Of a stretch of 64,000 nt of DNA, positions 41,545 through 50,486 are shown piece by piece (the stretch's first letter is position 1; each line of letters starts with the position of its first letter). The position numbers were made by a program, and so were the translations under genes. The notes beneath the pieces are model-generated. The model did no database searches and had not been told where the DNA came from. It was given only the letters and a program-made list of their open reading frames with translations. This DNA comes from an uncultured delta proteobacterium (GTDB lineage: Bacteria > Myxococcota_A > Polyangia > Polyangiales > B10-G4), in NCBI GenBank assembly GCA_963727445.1, contig CAVSGI010000010.1, forward strand, positions 160,001 to 224,000. The letters run 5' to 3'.

Positions 41545-43455
41545 ATGCGGCGGTGGACGGCGACAGCGGGAGTCCTGTGGGTGCTCGGGGTTCTGCTCTC
41601 GTCACCGTCGGCTCACGCGTGCGAGAGGGTGATGGTCCTCGAGGACGGGCGCCGGGTCGGCTTCGTGTGCGCCGAATCGGCGGCGCGTCGCGGCCTCACC
41701 GTCCTGGACCTCACGGACGCCTGGACTCCCTTCATCCTCTCGGACGACCCGTCCATGGGCGAGACGGGTATCCAGCCCTACGGGCCGATCTTCCGTGCGC
41801 TTGCGGACGAACGAATCGCCGAGGTGCCCGCGGAGCACCATCCCGAGAGGTATCTCGAGCTCTTCGGCATCCCGCCGACGTTGCGGGTGATCCGGGAGCG
41901 CCTCGGGGACGAGGAGCGTCACGCCTGCCACGCCGCCATCGACGACGCGCCCCTGGTCGCGGAGGGCCCGCTCCTTCGCCCGCGCGGCGAGGACCTCGAG
42001 CGGGGGCGAAGGGACGCGCGAAACCTGTCGATGCTCGACCGCCGGCTCGAACGAGCCGCGGCCCAGCGCGGGCTCGCCTCGATCGAGGAGTTGGCAGGCC
42101 AGCCGCGTTGGGACCGCGTGCTGGCGCGCCGAGCAGAGGTCTATGAGCGGGTCCAAGCCATACGCGCCCTTCAGGAGCATCTGGTCTGCGACGGGATCCT
42201 CTCGGGTCGCTACGAGCGCGGCGTCTTCGATCAGAAGACCGCCGACGCCACCGAGCTCTACCACCGGCGGCACGTCGTCTTCTCCGGACCGCTGCTGACG
42301 TCGGGCACCCGCGCCGCGGCGGCGATCGACAGCCGCGAGGCCGACTTCCAGGCGCTGCTCCGCGTCCTGCGCGAGCGCGTCGCCTCGGCCACCGGGATCA
42401 TCGAAGACGGCTCGGCGGCGCACGCGTGGGGCACCGTCCTCGGTCGCGTCCTCGACGCCGAGCAGCTGCGTGCCGACGCGGGAAGGCGCCCCGCCGAAAA
42501 CCCTGCACAGGATCTGCTCTCTCCGGCCACGGAGGCCGCCGCTCGCGCCCTCGGCTTCACCGAGCCCGCGCGCGCCCTCGCGGCCCTGCGGCGTTTCGCC
42601 CACAACCACATCCGTCGGGTCGCCGTGCGAATGCCGCCGCTACCCCGCTACCACTCGGCGGACATGGAGCTCCGCGCCGTCATCGACCGGGGCGACATTC
42701 GCTACGACTGGCCGTTCCGCGACGATGGAAGCCGTCGCCCGATGTGGGTGAGGCGCCGCGCGGTGATCACGCTCTACGCGCGTGACGGTGAGGCATGGAA
42801 GGCGCTCATTCGCTGGCCCACCACCATCGGCGGCTGGAACGACGAGGAGGTCGAAGCCGGCTCGACCGAGCTGGTCTACAAGGAGTCGCCGGTCGGTCCG
42901 CGCCAGTGGCGCGAGGTGGTGGGGAGCCCGGCTTGGATCCCGCCGCCCGCGACCCCCGACGACGACCTGGTGCGCCGCTCGCGCGGCGGCATCGAGCCGC
43001 GCTACGACGTCCTCGGCCCGGGCTACCGCTCCGCCTTCGGCCTCGCGATGCTCATCCACGAGCGCGAGCAGACGATGCACGACGGCGAGACGCGCACCTT
43101 CGATGAAGGCATCCGCACCCACGGCTCGGTCGCCTACCGAAGCATCCTCCGCGGCACCAGCCATGGCTGCCACCGGCTCCACAACCACCTCGCGCTCCGG
43201 CTCGCCTCCTTCGTTCTCACGCACCGTCCGCATCGCCGGGTCGGCCGGATCCCCCTCGTCTACGAGCGCGAGCTCGAGGCCTACGGACACGAGGCGACGA
43301 TCGAGATGACGTCGCGCGGCTACGGCTTCGAGCTGGTGGAGCCGGTGCCGGTGATGGTCACACGTGGGCACATCGTCGGCCACCAGCGCACGCCTCTGAC
43401 CGGGCCGCCTGCGTCCGAAGAAGAGACGAGCGACGGCGAGCCCGCGGAGGAGTAG
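41545..43455 (+). CDS. Secreted L,D-transpeptidase family protein with peptidoglycan-binding-like segment
   Basis: Signal peptide, ALQEHL..G..D..T..A, RWPTTIGGW, GIRTHGS...SHGCHRL (YkuD HxxxSHGC). Confidence 0.85.
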   Translation: MRRWTATAGVLWVLGVLLSSPSAHACERVMVLEDGRRVGFVCAESAARRGLTVLDLTDAWTPFILSDDPSMGETGIQPYGPIFRALADERIAEVPAEHHPERYLELFGIPPTLRVIRERLGDEERHACHAAIDDAPLVAEGPLLRPRGEDLERGRRDARNLSMLDRRLERAAAQRGLASIEELAGQPRWDRVLARRAEVYERVQAIRALQEHLVCDGILSGRYERGVFDQKTADATELYHRRHVVFSGPLLTSGTRAAAAIDSREADFQALLRVLRERVASATGIIEDGSAAHAWGTVLGRVLDAEQLRADAGRRPAENPAQDLLSPATEAAARALGFTEPARALAALRRFAHNHIRRVAVRMPPLPRYHSADMELRAVIDRGDIRYDWPFRDDGSRRPMWVRRRAVITLYARDGEAWKALIRWPTTIGGWNDEEVEAGSTELVYKESPVGPRQWREVVGSPAWIPPPATPDDDLVRRSRGGIEPRYDVLGPGYRSAFGLAMLIHEREQTMHDGETRTFDEGIRTHGSVAYRSILRGTSHGCHRLHNHLALRLASFVLTHRPHRRVGRIPLVYERELEAYGHEATIEMTSRGYGFELVEPVPVMVTRGHIVGHQRTPLTGPPASEEETSDGEPAEE

Positions 43456-43470
43456 GGCGCGCGGCTGCGC

Positions 43471-44247
43471 TCAATCCTTCGAAGGGAGGACTTTCTCCAT
43501 CGGCTCGGCCACGTACGCTTTCTTGTCGTCGTCGTAGTCCACCAGGAGAACTTCATCGCCGCTCTCGAGGTCCTCTTCGACCGCAACGCGAATCAAGAGC
43601 CCCTGTTCACCCTTCGCCGGCTCCTTGAGGCGGATCTGAGCGCTCTTGCCCTTCTGAGCGCCGATGCGCACGACCCCCACACGGCCGACCAGGTGACGCT
43701 TGCCGGGCGCGAAGTCCTGCTTGAAGAGCGCGCCCAGGGGCTTGGTGAGCGTGGACGTGATCGGGACCGACGCGATCAATGCGGCGAGGCTCACGAGGCT
43801 CCCACCGAGGGCGCCGGGGCCGGGGATCAACGGCATGGCGTAGCGCGCGCCAAAGTAGGTGAACAGCCAGGAAAAGAGGAAGAGCACGCTGAACGTGATC
43901 GAGAGAGGGGCGTTGCGGAGCCTCAGAAAGCCGAGGACGCTCAACACGGCGTCGAGGGCACCACCCGATGACGTATCGCCATGGGCGTGCCCATGCGACG
44001 CGTCGACGTCGACGTCGGCGTCTCCGTCTCCCACGTCTCCCGCATCGGCGTGGTCGACGTGCGCGTCGGCCGAGTCCACGTGTCCGAAGTCATCCCCGGC
44101 GTCGCCGAGGTCCGCGTCCGAGTCCCCGTGGTCCCCAGCGAGCCCGACCAGGCTGATCATCCAATAGCCGAGGGAGACCAGGACCAAGACCGTGTACACG
44201 ACGGTCGGAAACGACGTCGCTATCGCGAGAAACTCCTCCAAGACCAC
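43471..44247 (-). CDS. YqiJ/NfeD-like membrane protein with His/Asp-rich loop and C-terminal OB fold
   Basis: FPTVVYTVL..YW, D/H-rich linker, PLSI, TKPL..F, LVGRVGVV, C-terminal beta-rich segment. Confidence 0.8.
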   Translation of the reverse strand: MVLEEFLAIATSFPTVVYTVLVLVSLGYWMISLVGLAGDHGDSDADLGDAGDDFGHVDSADAHVDHADAGDVGDGDADVDVDASHGHAHGDTSSGGALDAVLSVLGFLRLRNAPLSITFSVLFLFSWLFTYFGARYAMPLIPGPGALGGSLVSLAALIASVPITSTLTKPLGALFKQDFAPGKRHLVGRVGVVRIGAQKGKSAQIRLKEPAKGEQGLLIRVAVEEDLESGDEVLLVDYDDDKKAYVAEPMEKVLPSKD

Positions 44248-44326
44248 CCGAGCCTCGCACGGGGCTCCTGGCTTGAGAAGGCGCACCCGCTGGCGCTTTG
44301 TCGCTGGGGGCACTACAAAGGCCCTC

Positions 44327-44842
44327 ATGAAGCGCCCTCTCGCTCTCGCGCTGCTCTGTGCGCTCCTCGCCGCGCCGGTCGTGGCGGTCGCGCAGGAGCA
44401 TGGCCAGGGCCAGCCGGTCGCCCCCGCTGCGGATCCCGAGGTCGAGGCCACCGCGCGCGCCCTCGAGGGCCGCATCAAGTCCCCCTGCTGCTGGAACCAG
44501 ACGCTGGACATCCACGGCTCGCCGATCAGCCAGGAGCTCAAGGCCGAGATCCGGACGCGGCTCATGCGGGGCGAGACCCCGGCGGCGATCGAAGCGTCCT
44601 TCGTCGATCGCTACGGCGAGCGCATTCTCGCGGTCCCGCCCGACAGCCCCCTCGGCAGCTTCGCGCTGGGCGCGCTCGCGATGGCCTTCCTCGCGGGCAT
44701 CGGCGTCTTCTTCCTCGGCAAGAAGTGGAAGGGCGGATCCGGGGGCGATTCCCCGGGCGACGATGACGACGCTGGCGACGGCGACGCCGCCGAGGACGCC
44801 GAGTACGACGCCCGCCTCGACGCCGAGCTCGAAGAAGCCTGA
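44327..44842 (+). CDS. ccmH: Cytochrome c biogenesis CcmH/NrfF-like protein
   Basis: Signal peptide, IKSPCCWNQTL..HGS, EIR..L..G, FVDRYGERIL..P, TM. Confidence 0.8.
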   Translation: MKRPLALALLCALLAAPVVAVAQEHGQGQPVAPAADPEVEATARALEGRIKSPCCWNQTLDIHGSPISQELKAEIRTRLMRGETPAAIEASFVDRYGERILAVPPDSPLGSFALGALAMAFLAGIGVFFLGKKWKGGSGGDSPGDDDDAGDGDAAEDAEYDARLDAELEEA

Positions 44843-44856
44843 GCACCTTTCGAAAC

Positions 44857-45921
44857 GTGGCTCCTCTGCCCAAGGTCGTCTTCCGCACCCTCCACGATGC
44901 GGACGCGCGCATCACGAAGGCGCGCCGCGCCCTCGAGCGTGAGCTCGGCATCGACAGGCCCTACCGACTCGTTCCCTATCGCGGCTTCGGGACAGCGGAG
45001 CACGCCGTCGTGAAAGCGCGGGTGATCGAGGATCGCGGCACGGTCGAGCGCAATCTGTCCCGCGGGATCGTCGGCGGAGCCGTCGCGTCCTTCGTGCGCT
45101 TTCACACCGCGGAGGTGCCCGGTGTCGCCGTCGAGGCGACCTGGGGCGAAGCGCGGGGCACGGGGTCGAGCGGCCCCGAGGGTTTCGTCGAGATCGGGAT
45201 CACACCGCCGCCCGGCGCCGCGCCTGGATGGCACGAGGTGGCGCTGTCGCTCGCGGACGGAGAGACGGGTGATCCCGTGTCGGCGCAGGTGCTGCTGGTG
45301 GGCGAGGACGCGAGCTACGGCGTGATCAGCGACATCGACGACACGGTGATCGTGACCGGAGTTCGGAACATGGCCAAGCGCGCCTGGGCGCTCTTCATGG
45401 CGGAGGCCTCCGAGCGTCGGCCCTTCGACGGCGTCGCGAAGCTCTACGGCGCGCTGTCGCGGGGAAAGGGGGACGACGGCCCGACGAACCCGATCTTCTA
45501 CGTCTCGTCGAGCCCCTGGAACCTCTACGAGCACCTCGACCACTTCCTCGACGAGCACGGCATCCCGCCCGGCCCGATCCTGCTTCGTGATTGGGGTCTC
45601 ACGCGCGAAGGCTTCGCCCCCGGCGGCGGACACGGTCACAAACGCAAGAAGATGAAGGCGGTCCTCGACGCCTTTCCGAAGCTTCCCTTCGTGCTCATCG
45701 GCGACAGCGGTCAGGAGGACGCCGAGCACTACCTCTCGCTCGTCGAGGAGTACGGCGAGCACATTCGCGTGGTCTACATCCGGACCGTGCCCAGCAAGGC
45801 CGGGCGCGAAGCGGAGCTCGCGCGCATCGGCGAGCGGATGCACGCGCTCGGCAGCGAGCTGGTCGTCTTCGAGACCTCGGAGGATCTCGCGCGCGACGCC
45901 GAAGCACGCGGGCTCATCTGA
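44857..45921 (+). CDS. App1-family phosphatidate phosphatase (DUF2183)
   Basis: ISDIDDT, FYVSSSPWNLY, GPILLRDWG, FVLIGDSGQED. Confidence 0.9.
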   Translation: MAPLPKVVFRTLHDADARITKARRALERELGIDRPYRLVPYRGFGTAEHAVVKARVIEDRGTVERNLSRGIVGGAVASFVRFHTAEVPGVAVEATWGEARGTGSSGPEGFVEIGITPPPGAAPGWHEVALSLADGETGDPVSAQVLLVGEDASYGVISDIDDTVIVTGVRNMAKRAWALFMAEASERRPFDGVAKLYGALSRGKGDDGPTNPIFYVSSSPWNLYEHLDHFLDEHGIPPGPILLRDWGLTREGFAPGGGHGHKRKKMKAVLDAFPKLPFVLIGDSGQEDAEHYLSLVEEYGEHIRVVYIRTVPSKAGREAELARIGERMHALGSELVVFETSEDLARDAEARGLI

Positions 45922-45925
45922 AGCT

Positions 45926-47038
45926 TCAAGGAAGGAAGCCGTCAGGGTCTCGTAGCTTGCGCGGCAGGTACTCGTCCATGACGTAGTTGAGCCCCCACTT
46001 GGCCAGGGCCTGCTGCTCGGCGCGCACGCCCAGCTTCAACAGATCCTCGATCGCCGCGACCCACGCGGGGTGCGCCGCGAAGAACGGATCGTTCGCCAGC
46101 GCGTCTTCCGCGCGCTTGATGTCCGTCTTCTCGAGGGGGTGGGTGGCGTCCATCAAATCGAACTCGCGAATGTCTGCCGGCGTCACGCCCAGGTAGCGCG
46201 CCGCCGGCACGGAGTAGAGCTCGCTCGCGTGGGCGGCGTTGCCCGAGCCCGCCTTGAGGGTGCGGTAGATGTTGGCGAAGCCGTAGGGGTCACAGTCGGT
46301 GAAGCAGTAGATGGGGAGCCCGAGCGACTCGTTCAGTCGGCGGACGAACTTGCGCGTGGCTCGCGTGGGGACGCCGCCCATCTCGACCAGGATGCACGGC
46401 ACGCGCTCCCAGAAGCGGTGCGAGGCGAGGCGCTGGAACATGCCGCCGGTCTCGATCACCAGCACCAGCTCCGCGTCGCTCTCGAAGGTGAGCGGCTCGG
46501 CGTCGCGGGGAACGGTGTAGGCGCCGCGGCCGAGGCGGCTCGCGTCGATGCGCAGCTCCTCGCCCTCCTCGGTCTGGTCGATGATGGTCAACAGTCCCGC
46601 GACGCTGCCGCCGTGTGACTCGGGGAAGAAGCCGAGCGCCTCCCGCGTGATGCCATCTTGCGACGCGAGCGCTTCGATGTCGGCGAGGATGGTGTCGGAG
46701 GCGGACTGGTCGTCGAAGCGGCAATCGCCCCAGGCCTTCGCCACGTAGTACGCCTCTCGCTTCGTCGCGAAGTCGCCGCTGATGACGAGCTCGCGCGACA
46801 GCGCCAGCATCTTCAGGGTCTGCGCGAAGGTCCGCGCGGTCCGGACGCCCAGGCCCCGACGCTTCTTCTTGTTGCCGATCATGAAGTGGCCGCGCGTCCG
46901 GTCGAAGCGCACGTTCGACAGGCTTCGCGAGGGGATCATCAGCTCCGGGAGCTCGCCCGCCTCGATGCGCTCGAGCACTCCGCGCGCGACGCGCTCGATC
47001 GCCGCCTGCACCCGGGTGCGTGGGCCCTTCGCGCTCAT
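45926..47038 (-). CDS. top6A: DNA topoisomerase VI subunit A (Spo11-like)
   Basis: ATKREAYY catalytic Tyr, DQSASD, Toprim VIETGGMF, GGVPTRATR, FTDCDPYG, RAEQQA. ATGA overlap with top6B. Confidence 0.93.
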   Translation of the reverse strand: MSAKGPRTRVQAAIERVARGVLERIEAGELPELMIPSRSLSNVRFDRTRGHFMIGNKKKRRGLGVRTARTFAQTLKMLALSRELVISGDFATKREAYYVAKAWGDCRFDDQSASDTILADIEALASQDGITREALGFFPESHGGSVAGLLTIIDQTEEGEELRIDASRLGRGAYTVPRDAEPLTFESDAELVLVIETGGMFQRLASHRFWERVPCILVEMGGVPTRATRKFVRRLNESLGLPIYCFTDCDPYGFANIYRTLKAGSGNAAHASELYSVPAARYLGVTPADIREFDLMDATHPLEKTDIKRAEDALANDPFFAAHPAWVAAIEDLLKLGVRAEQQALAKWGLNYVMDEYLPRKLRDPDGFLP

Positions 47039-48663
47039 GGCACCCTCCGGCTCTTCTGCATGAGATCGTCGATCTGCTGCTCGACCCTCTGCCGCTCGTC
47101 CGCCGACATGCCGAGGATCTCGCCCAGCGCTTCCGACACGTGCGGCAGGTAGCGCTCGATGGCCGTCCGCTTGGAGAGCTCCCGCGACAGGCGGCGCTCG
47201 CGCTTCAGGTGTGCGCCGAGCTCGCGCCCGCAGGTCTGGAGCGCGAGCTCGATCTCGCGCCGTATCTCCGGGTACTCGGCGATGGCGTCCTTCGATTCGC
47301 TGGTGAAGGGCACCCAGACCGAGGCGATGTGGATCAGAATCGTCATCGGCCCGACAGGAAGCGATCCACCCGATTGCTCGAGCCCGTAGCGCCGCCAGTT
47401 GAGCCCGCTGACGGCCGCGGTGGTGACGCAATGTCCCTGTTGATAGAGGAGCGGGACCCGGTTGGCGTAGCGGATCAAGCGGACCGGCTCGCGGGCGCGG
47501 CCCGCTTCTTCTTCGCCGACCTTCTTGAGGTGCCCGTCCTCGGTCACCACCACGTGCGGCGAGTCCTCGCGCCCATAGGCGAGGCCGACCTCCACCAGGA
47601 AGGGGTTGCCGCGGTAGACGGCGGGTGGTCGCGTCGCGATCGCGTAGAAGGCCGCCGGGAGCTCGCGGGTGAGGCCCTCGCGGATCGCGGTCGCACCGAT
47701 GGGGACGACGCAATCCGTCGGCGGCGCGCTGACCTTGGTCTCTTGGATGGCGCGATGGAGCGCCCGGGCCTTCACCTTGGCGATCCGCTTCGGGTAGGAC
47801 CGGTTCGACAGGCCCTTGCCAGCGCGATCGATGATCTCGCGTGCGCGCGTGCGCCCGACCTGACTGAACTCCCGCCTGAGGAACTGCTCGAGGTTCTTGG
47901 CCTCGGTCGACTTGAGCATCGTGATCAGGCGGCCGAGCTCCACGCCGTGGGGATGCGGCTTGATGCGCCTCGGGGTGGGGGGCTTCTTGTGGAGGCTCCT
48001 CGGAAACTCCACGACCGTGCCGTCGGGCTCCCTGAGCGTGATGGCCACGTGCGGGTTCGCCACCGAGGTGAGCTTCAGATAGAGGGCCACCGAGTGCTGG
48101 CCGTGCTGGTACTGCCCGTCCATCGCGATCTCGACGCGCGTGCCGTGCTTCCGATCCCATTCGACCTCGTGGCGGTCGTGGATCTCCGGGCGGTTCTTCC
48201 GCGTGTCGATGGAGACGAGCACCTCGTGAGCCGGCGACTTCGCGTCCGTGCGGCTGCGGATCCGCATCGGCTCGCCGGTGGTCATCTGCCCATACATCCC
48301 GGCCGCGCTGATCCCCATCCCCTGCTGTCCGCGCGACTGCGAGAGGCGATGGAACTTCGAGCCGTAGAGGAGCTTGCCGAAGATGCGCGCGATCTGATCT
48401 TCGACGATCCCGGGTCCGTTGTCCTCGACAGCGACCAGGTAGCGGTCGTCCGGACGCTTGTCGATCTCGACGATCACCTCCGGGAGCAGGCTCGCCTCCT
48501 CGCAGGCGTCGATGGCGTTGTCGACCGCCTCCTTGACCGTGGTCAAGAGCGCCCGTGCCGGCGAGTCGAATCCGAGCAGATGCCGATTCTTCGCGAAGAA
48601 CTCGGAGACCGAGATCGCGCGCTGCTCCGCGGCGAGGGTCTTGGCGTGCACGCGCGCAGACAT
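47035..48663 (-). CDS. top6B: DNA topoisomerase VI subunit B
   Basis: SVSEFFAKNRHLLGF, KEAVDNAIDA, EDNGPG, GSKFH..QSRGQQGMGIS, RYANRVPLLY, VPFTSESK. Confidence 0.96.
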   Translation of the reverse strand: MSARVHAKTLAAEQRAISVSEFFAKNRHLLGFDSPARALLTTVKEAVDNAIDACEEASLLPEVIVEIDKRPDDRYLVAVEDNGPGIVEDQIARIFGKLLYGSKFHRLSQSRGQQGMGISAAGMYGQMTTGEPMRIRSRTDAKSPAHEVLVSIDTRKNRPEIHDRHEVEWDRKHGTRVEIAMDGQYQHGQHSVALYLKLTSVANPHVAITLREPDGTVVEFPRSLHKKPPTPRRIKPHPHGVELGRLITMLKSTEAKNLEQFLRREFSQVGRTRAREIIDRAGKGLSNRSYPKRIAKVKARALHRAIQETKVSAPPTDCVVPIGATAIREGLTRELPAAFYAIATRPPAVYRGNPFLVEVGLAYGREDSPHVVVTEDGHLKKVGEEEAGRAREPVRLIRYANRVPLLYQQGHCVTTAAVSGLNWRRYGLEQSGGSLPVGPMTILIHIASVWVPFTSESKDAIAEYPEIRREIELALQTCGRELGAHLKRERRLSRELSKRTAIERYLPHVSEALGEILGMSADERQRVEQQIDDLMQKSRRVP

Positions 48664-48722
48664 CGGGGCACTGCTACACGGCAGGGCGGAGGCGCGCAAC
48701 CGCCGTCAGCAGGGCCTGGCTG

Positions 48723-49871
48723 TCACCAGCCGGCGCAGTCGAAGGTCCGGAGGGTGCTGTCGGCGCTGCAGTAGCTCTCGTTCAGGAGGAGCCCGTAGGT
48801 CGAGTCCACGCCGGTGACCGGTGGGTGGTAGGACGCCCGGACCGTCTCGCAGATCGGATGGACGGTGCTGCCCCAGCCGCAGGCCCGCGGCGCCATGGCG
48901 GTGCCCCCCGTGCCGGTGCTGTTCACGGTGCCGAGCCCCGTCGCGAGGCCACAGAAGCTCTTCGAGCAGCGCTGGCCGCCGTCGTTGAAGGTCGAGATGT
49001 CGTGCCACATGCCGCAGTTCGCGTACAACGAGCAGACCGTGCACTCCATGGTCGCCTGGGCGTGGGTGCACGTGCGCCCGCTCCACGCGAGACATCGCAC
49101 CGACCAACCGTCGCGGGTCGCGACGAGATCCGTCCGCCCTGGTACCAACGCGCCGCCGGTGCAGGCGCCCGACATACCCGCGCAGGTGCCCCCCGTGCAC
49201 ATGTCTCCGGTGGTGCATGCGTCGCCGTCGTCGCACGAAGTCCCATCGGCCATGACGGTCGCCATGCACGATCCGTCGGTCGGGCTGCAGGTCCCCGTCG
49301 CGCAGGGGCCGTCCATCGCCGAGCAGTCCGTCGTCGCGCCTCCGCAGCTCCCCGCCGTGCACATGTCTCCGGTGGTGCATGCGTCGCCGTCATCGCACGC
49401 CGTCCCGTCGTCCATGGCGGTGGCCATGCAGGAGCCGTCGGCCGAGTCGCACATGCCGACCGCGCACGGCCCATCCATGGCCGAGCAGTCGATCGCGGTG
49501 CCCGCGCAGGTACCGCTCGTGCACACGTCGCTGGCGGTACAGGCATCCCCGTCGTCACAGCTCGTCCCGTCGGTCGCGGCCTGGGCGCTGCAGGAGCCGT
49601 CCGCCGGGTTGCAGACCCCGACCTGGCAGATGCCGTCCATCGCCGAGCAGTCCACGCCCTCGCAGAGCGGTGGGACGCTCGTATCGACGGCGCGGCTGTC
49701 GGTTCCGCCGCCATCGGAGGGCGTGGCGGTGTCCGGCCGGCCGCTGTCCAAGCCACCTCCCGAGTCTGTCCCGCCGTCGACGGGACCGATGCGGCGGCCG
49801 CTCGAGGCGCAGGCTGCGCTGAAGAGGAGGAGGGTGAGCAGGAAGCGCGTGGTGCGTGCACGCGAAATCAA
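48723..49871 (-). CDS. Cys-rich repeat lipoprotein
   Basis: FSAAC lipobox, three 54-aa CDDGDACT repeats, unique Cys-rich C-terminal domain. TTG start inferred from a GAGGAG RBS. Confidence 0.85.
   Translation of the reverse strand: MISRARTTRFLLTLLLFSAACASSGRRIGPVDGGTDSGGGLDSGRPDTATPSDGGGTDSRAVDTSVPPLCEGVDCSAMDGICQVGVCNPADGSCSAQAATDGTSCDDGDACTASDVCTSGTCAGTAIDCSAMDGPCAVGMCDSADGSCMATAMDDGTACDDGDACTTGDMCTAGSCGGATTDCSAMDGPCATGTCSPTDGSCMATVMADGTSCDDGDACTTGDMCTGGTCAGMSGACTGGALVPGRTDLVATRDGWSVRCLAWSGRTCTHAQATMECTVCSLYANCGMWHDISTFNDGGQRCSKSFCGLATGLGTVNSTGTGGTAMAPRACGWGSTVHPICETVRASYHPPVTGVDSTYGLLLNESYCSADSTLRTFDCAGW
49167..49652 (-). repeat. Three tandem 162-bp intragenic repeats
   Basis: GAGCAGTC anchors at 49321, 49483 and 49645. 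Confidence 0.9.
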
Positions 49872-49958
49872 AGCGGGGGCCTCCTCACGAAGATACGCGA
49901 GAGAGGCGCACGGACCCAAACGCGAGGGCCTGCGCGGCAGGCGCGCGGCCGTACCGCC

Positions 49959-50225
49959 TCAGATCACGAGCAGGCCTTCGGCCTCGCACTCGTTGGCGAG
50001 GAAGCCGCTGGCCGGCACCGGCTCGATGCCCGCCTTGCGCGAGATCTTTCGGGCCGCCGCGCGGAGCTCCATCCGCGTCGGCACCTGGGTGGATGTGCGC
50101 TGCACCTGACAGCGAGCCTGGGCCAGCTTCCACGCGGCGCGTGCCAAGCTGCCCGATTCGCTCAACAGGCGCGTGTAGCCATCACGCGTTTCGTCGAGTC
50201 CTCGAAGCCATTCGATCGGATACAT
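49959..50225 (-). CDS. Small hypothetical protein (88 aa)
   Basis: GGAGG RBS before the ATG. Fills an otherwise empty gap. Confidence 0.65.
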   Translation of the reverse strand: MYPIEWLRGLDETRDGYTRLLSESGSLARAAWKLAQARCQVQRTSTQVPTRMELRAAARKISRKAGIEPVPASGFLANECEAEGLLVI

Positions 50226-50458
50226 AGACGACCCTCCAATCGGTCGACCTCCCCAATCCTTTGAATCGCCCCGGCGAGGTCGCCTTGGCTTCCAGTTACG
50301 GGTCTGGGGGATCGGTGGTCAAAAAATGTGAAGAAGATGCCCATTGGACGATGCGACGGGCGTTTCGTTCCAAAGGCGGGTTGTGCCACTGGCACATACA
50401 TCGGACCCCCGGTTCACGGTGCCTCTGACGACGTCTCAGGAATTGCTGGGAAAACAGG

Positions 50459-50474
50459 TGGCACTGGGCTTGCT
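50459..50474 (+). promoter_or_regulatory. Sigma54 (-24/-12) promoter
   Basis: TGGCAC-TGGGC-TTGCT matches TGGCAC-N5-TTGCW, 12 nt before ATG 50487. Confidence 0.75.
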
Positions 50475-50486
50475 CTGAAGAGCGCC

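Noticed and set aside
45926..47038. Wadjet JetD or another Toprim defence nuclease
   Set aside because: The gene is coupled to a full Top6B and there are no SMC/kleisin genes nearby.
45926..48160. 744-aa ORF suggesting a long Top6A or a Top6B-A fusion
   Set aside because: The upstream part is an off-frame overlap with top6B. Top6A starts at ATG 47038, overlapping the top6B stop.
49167..49652. CRISPR-like periodic repeats
   Set aside because: They are 162-bp in-frame coding repeats with no unique spacers and no cas genes.
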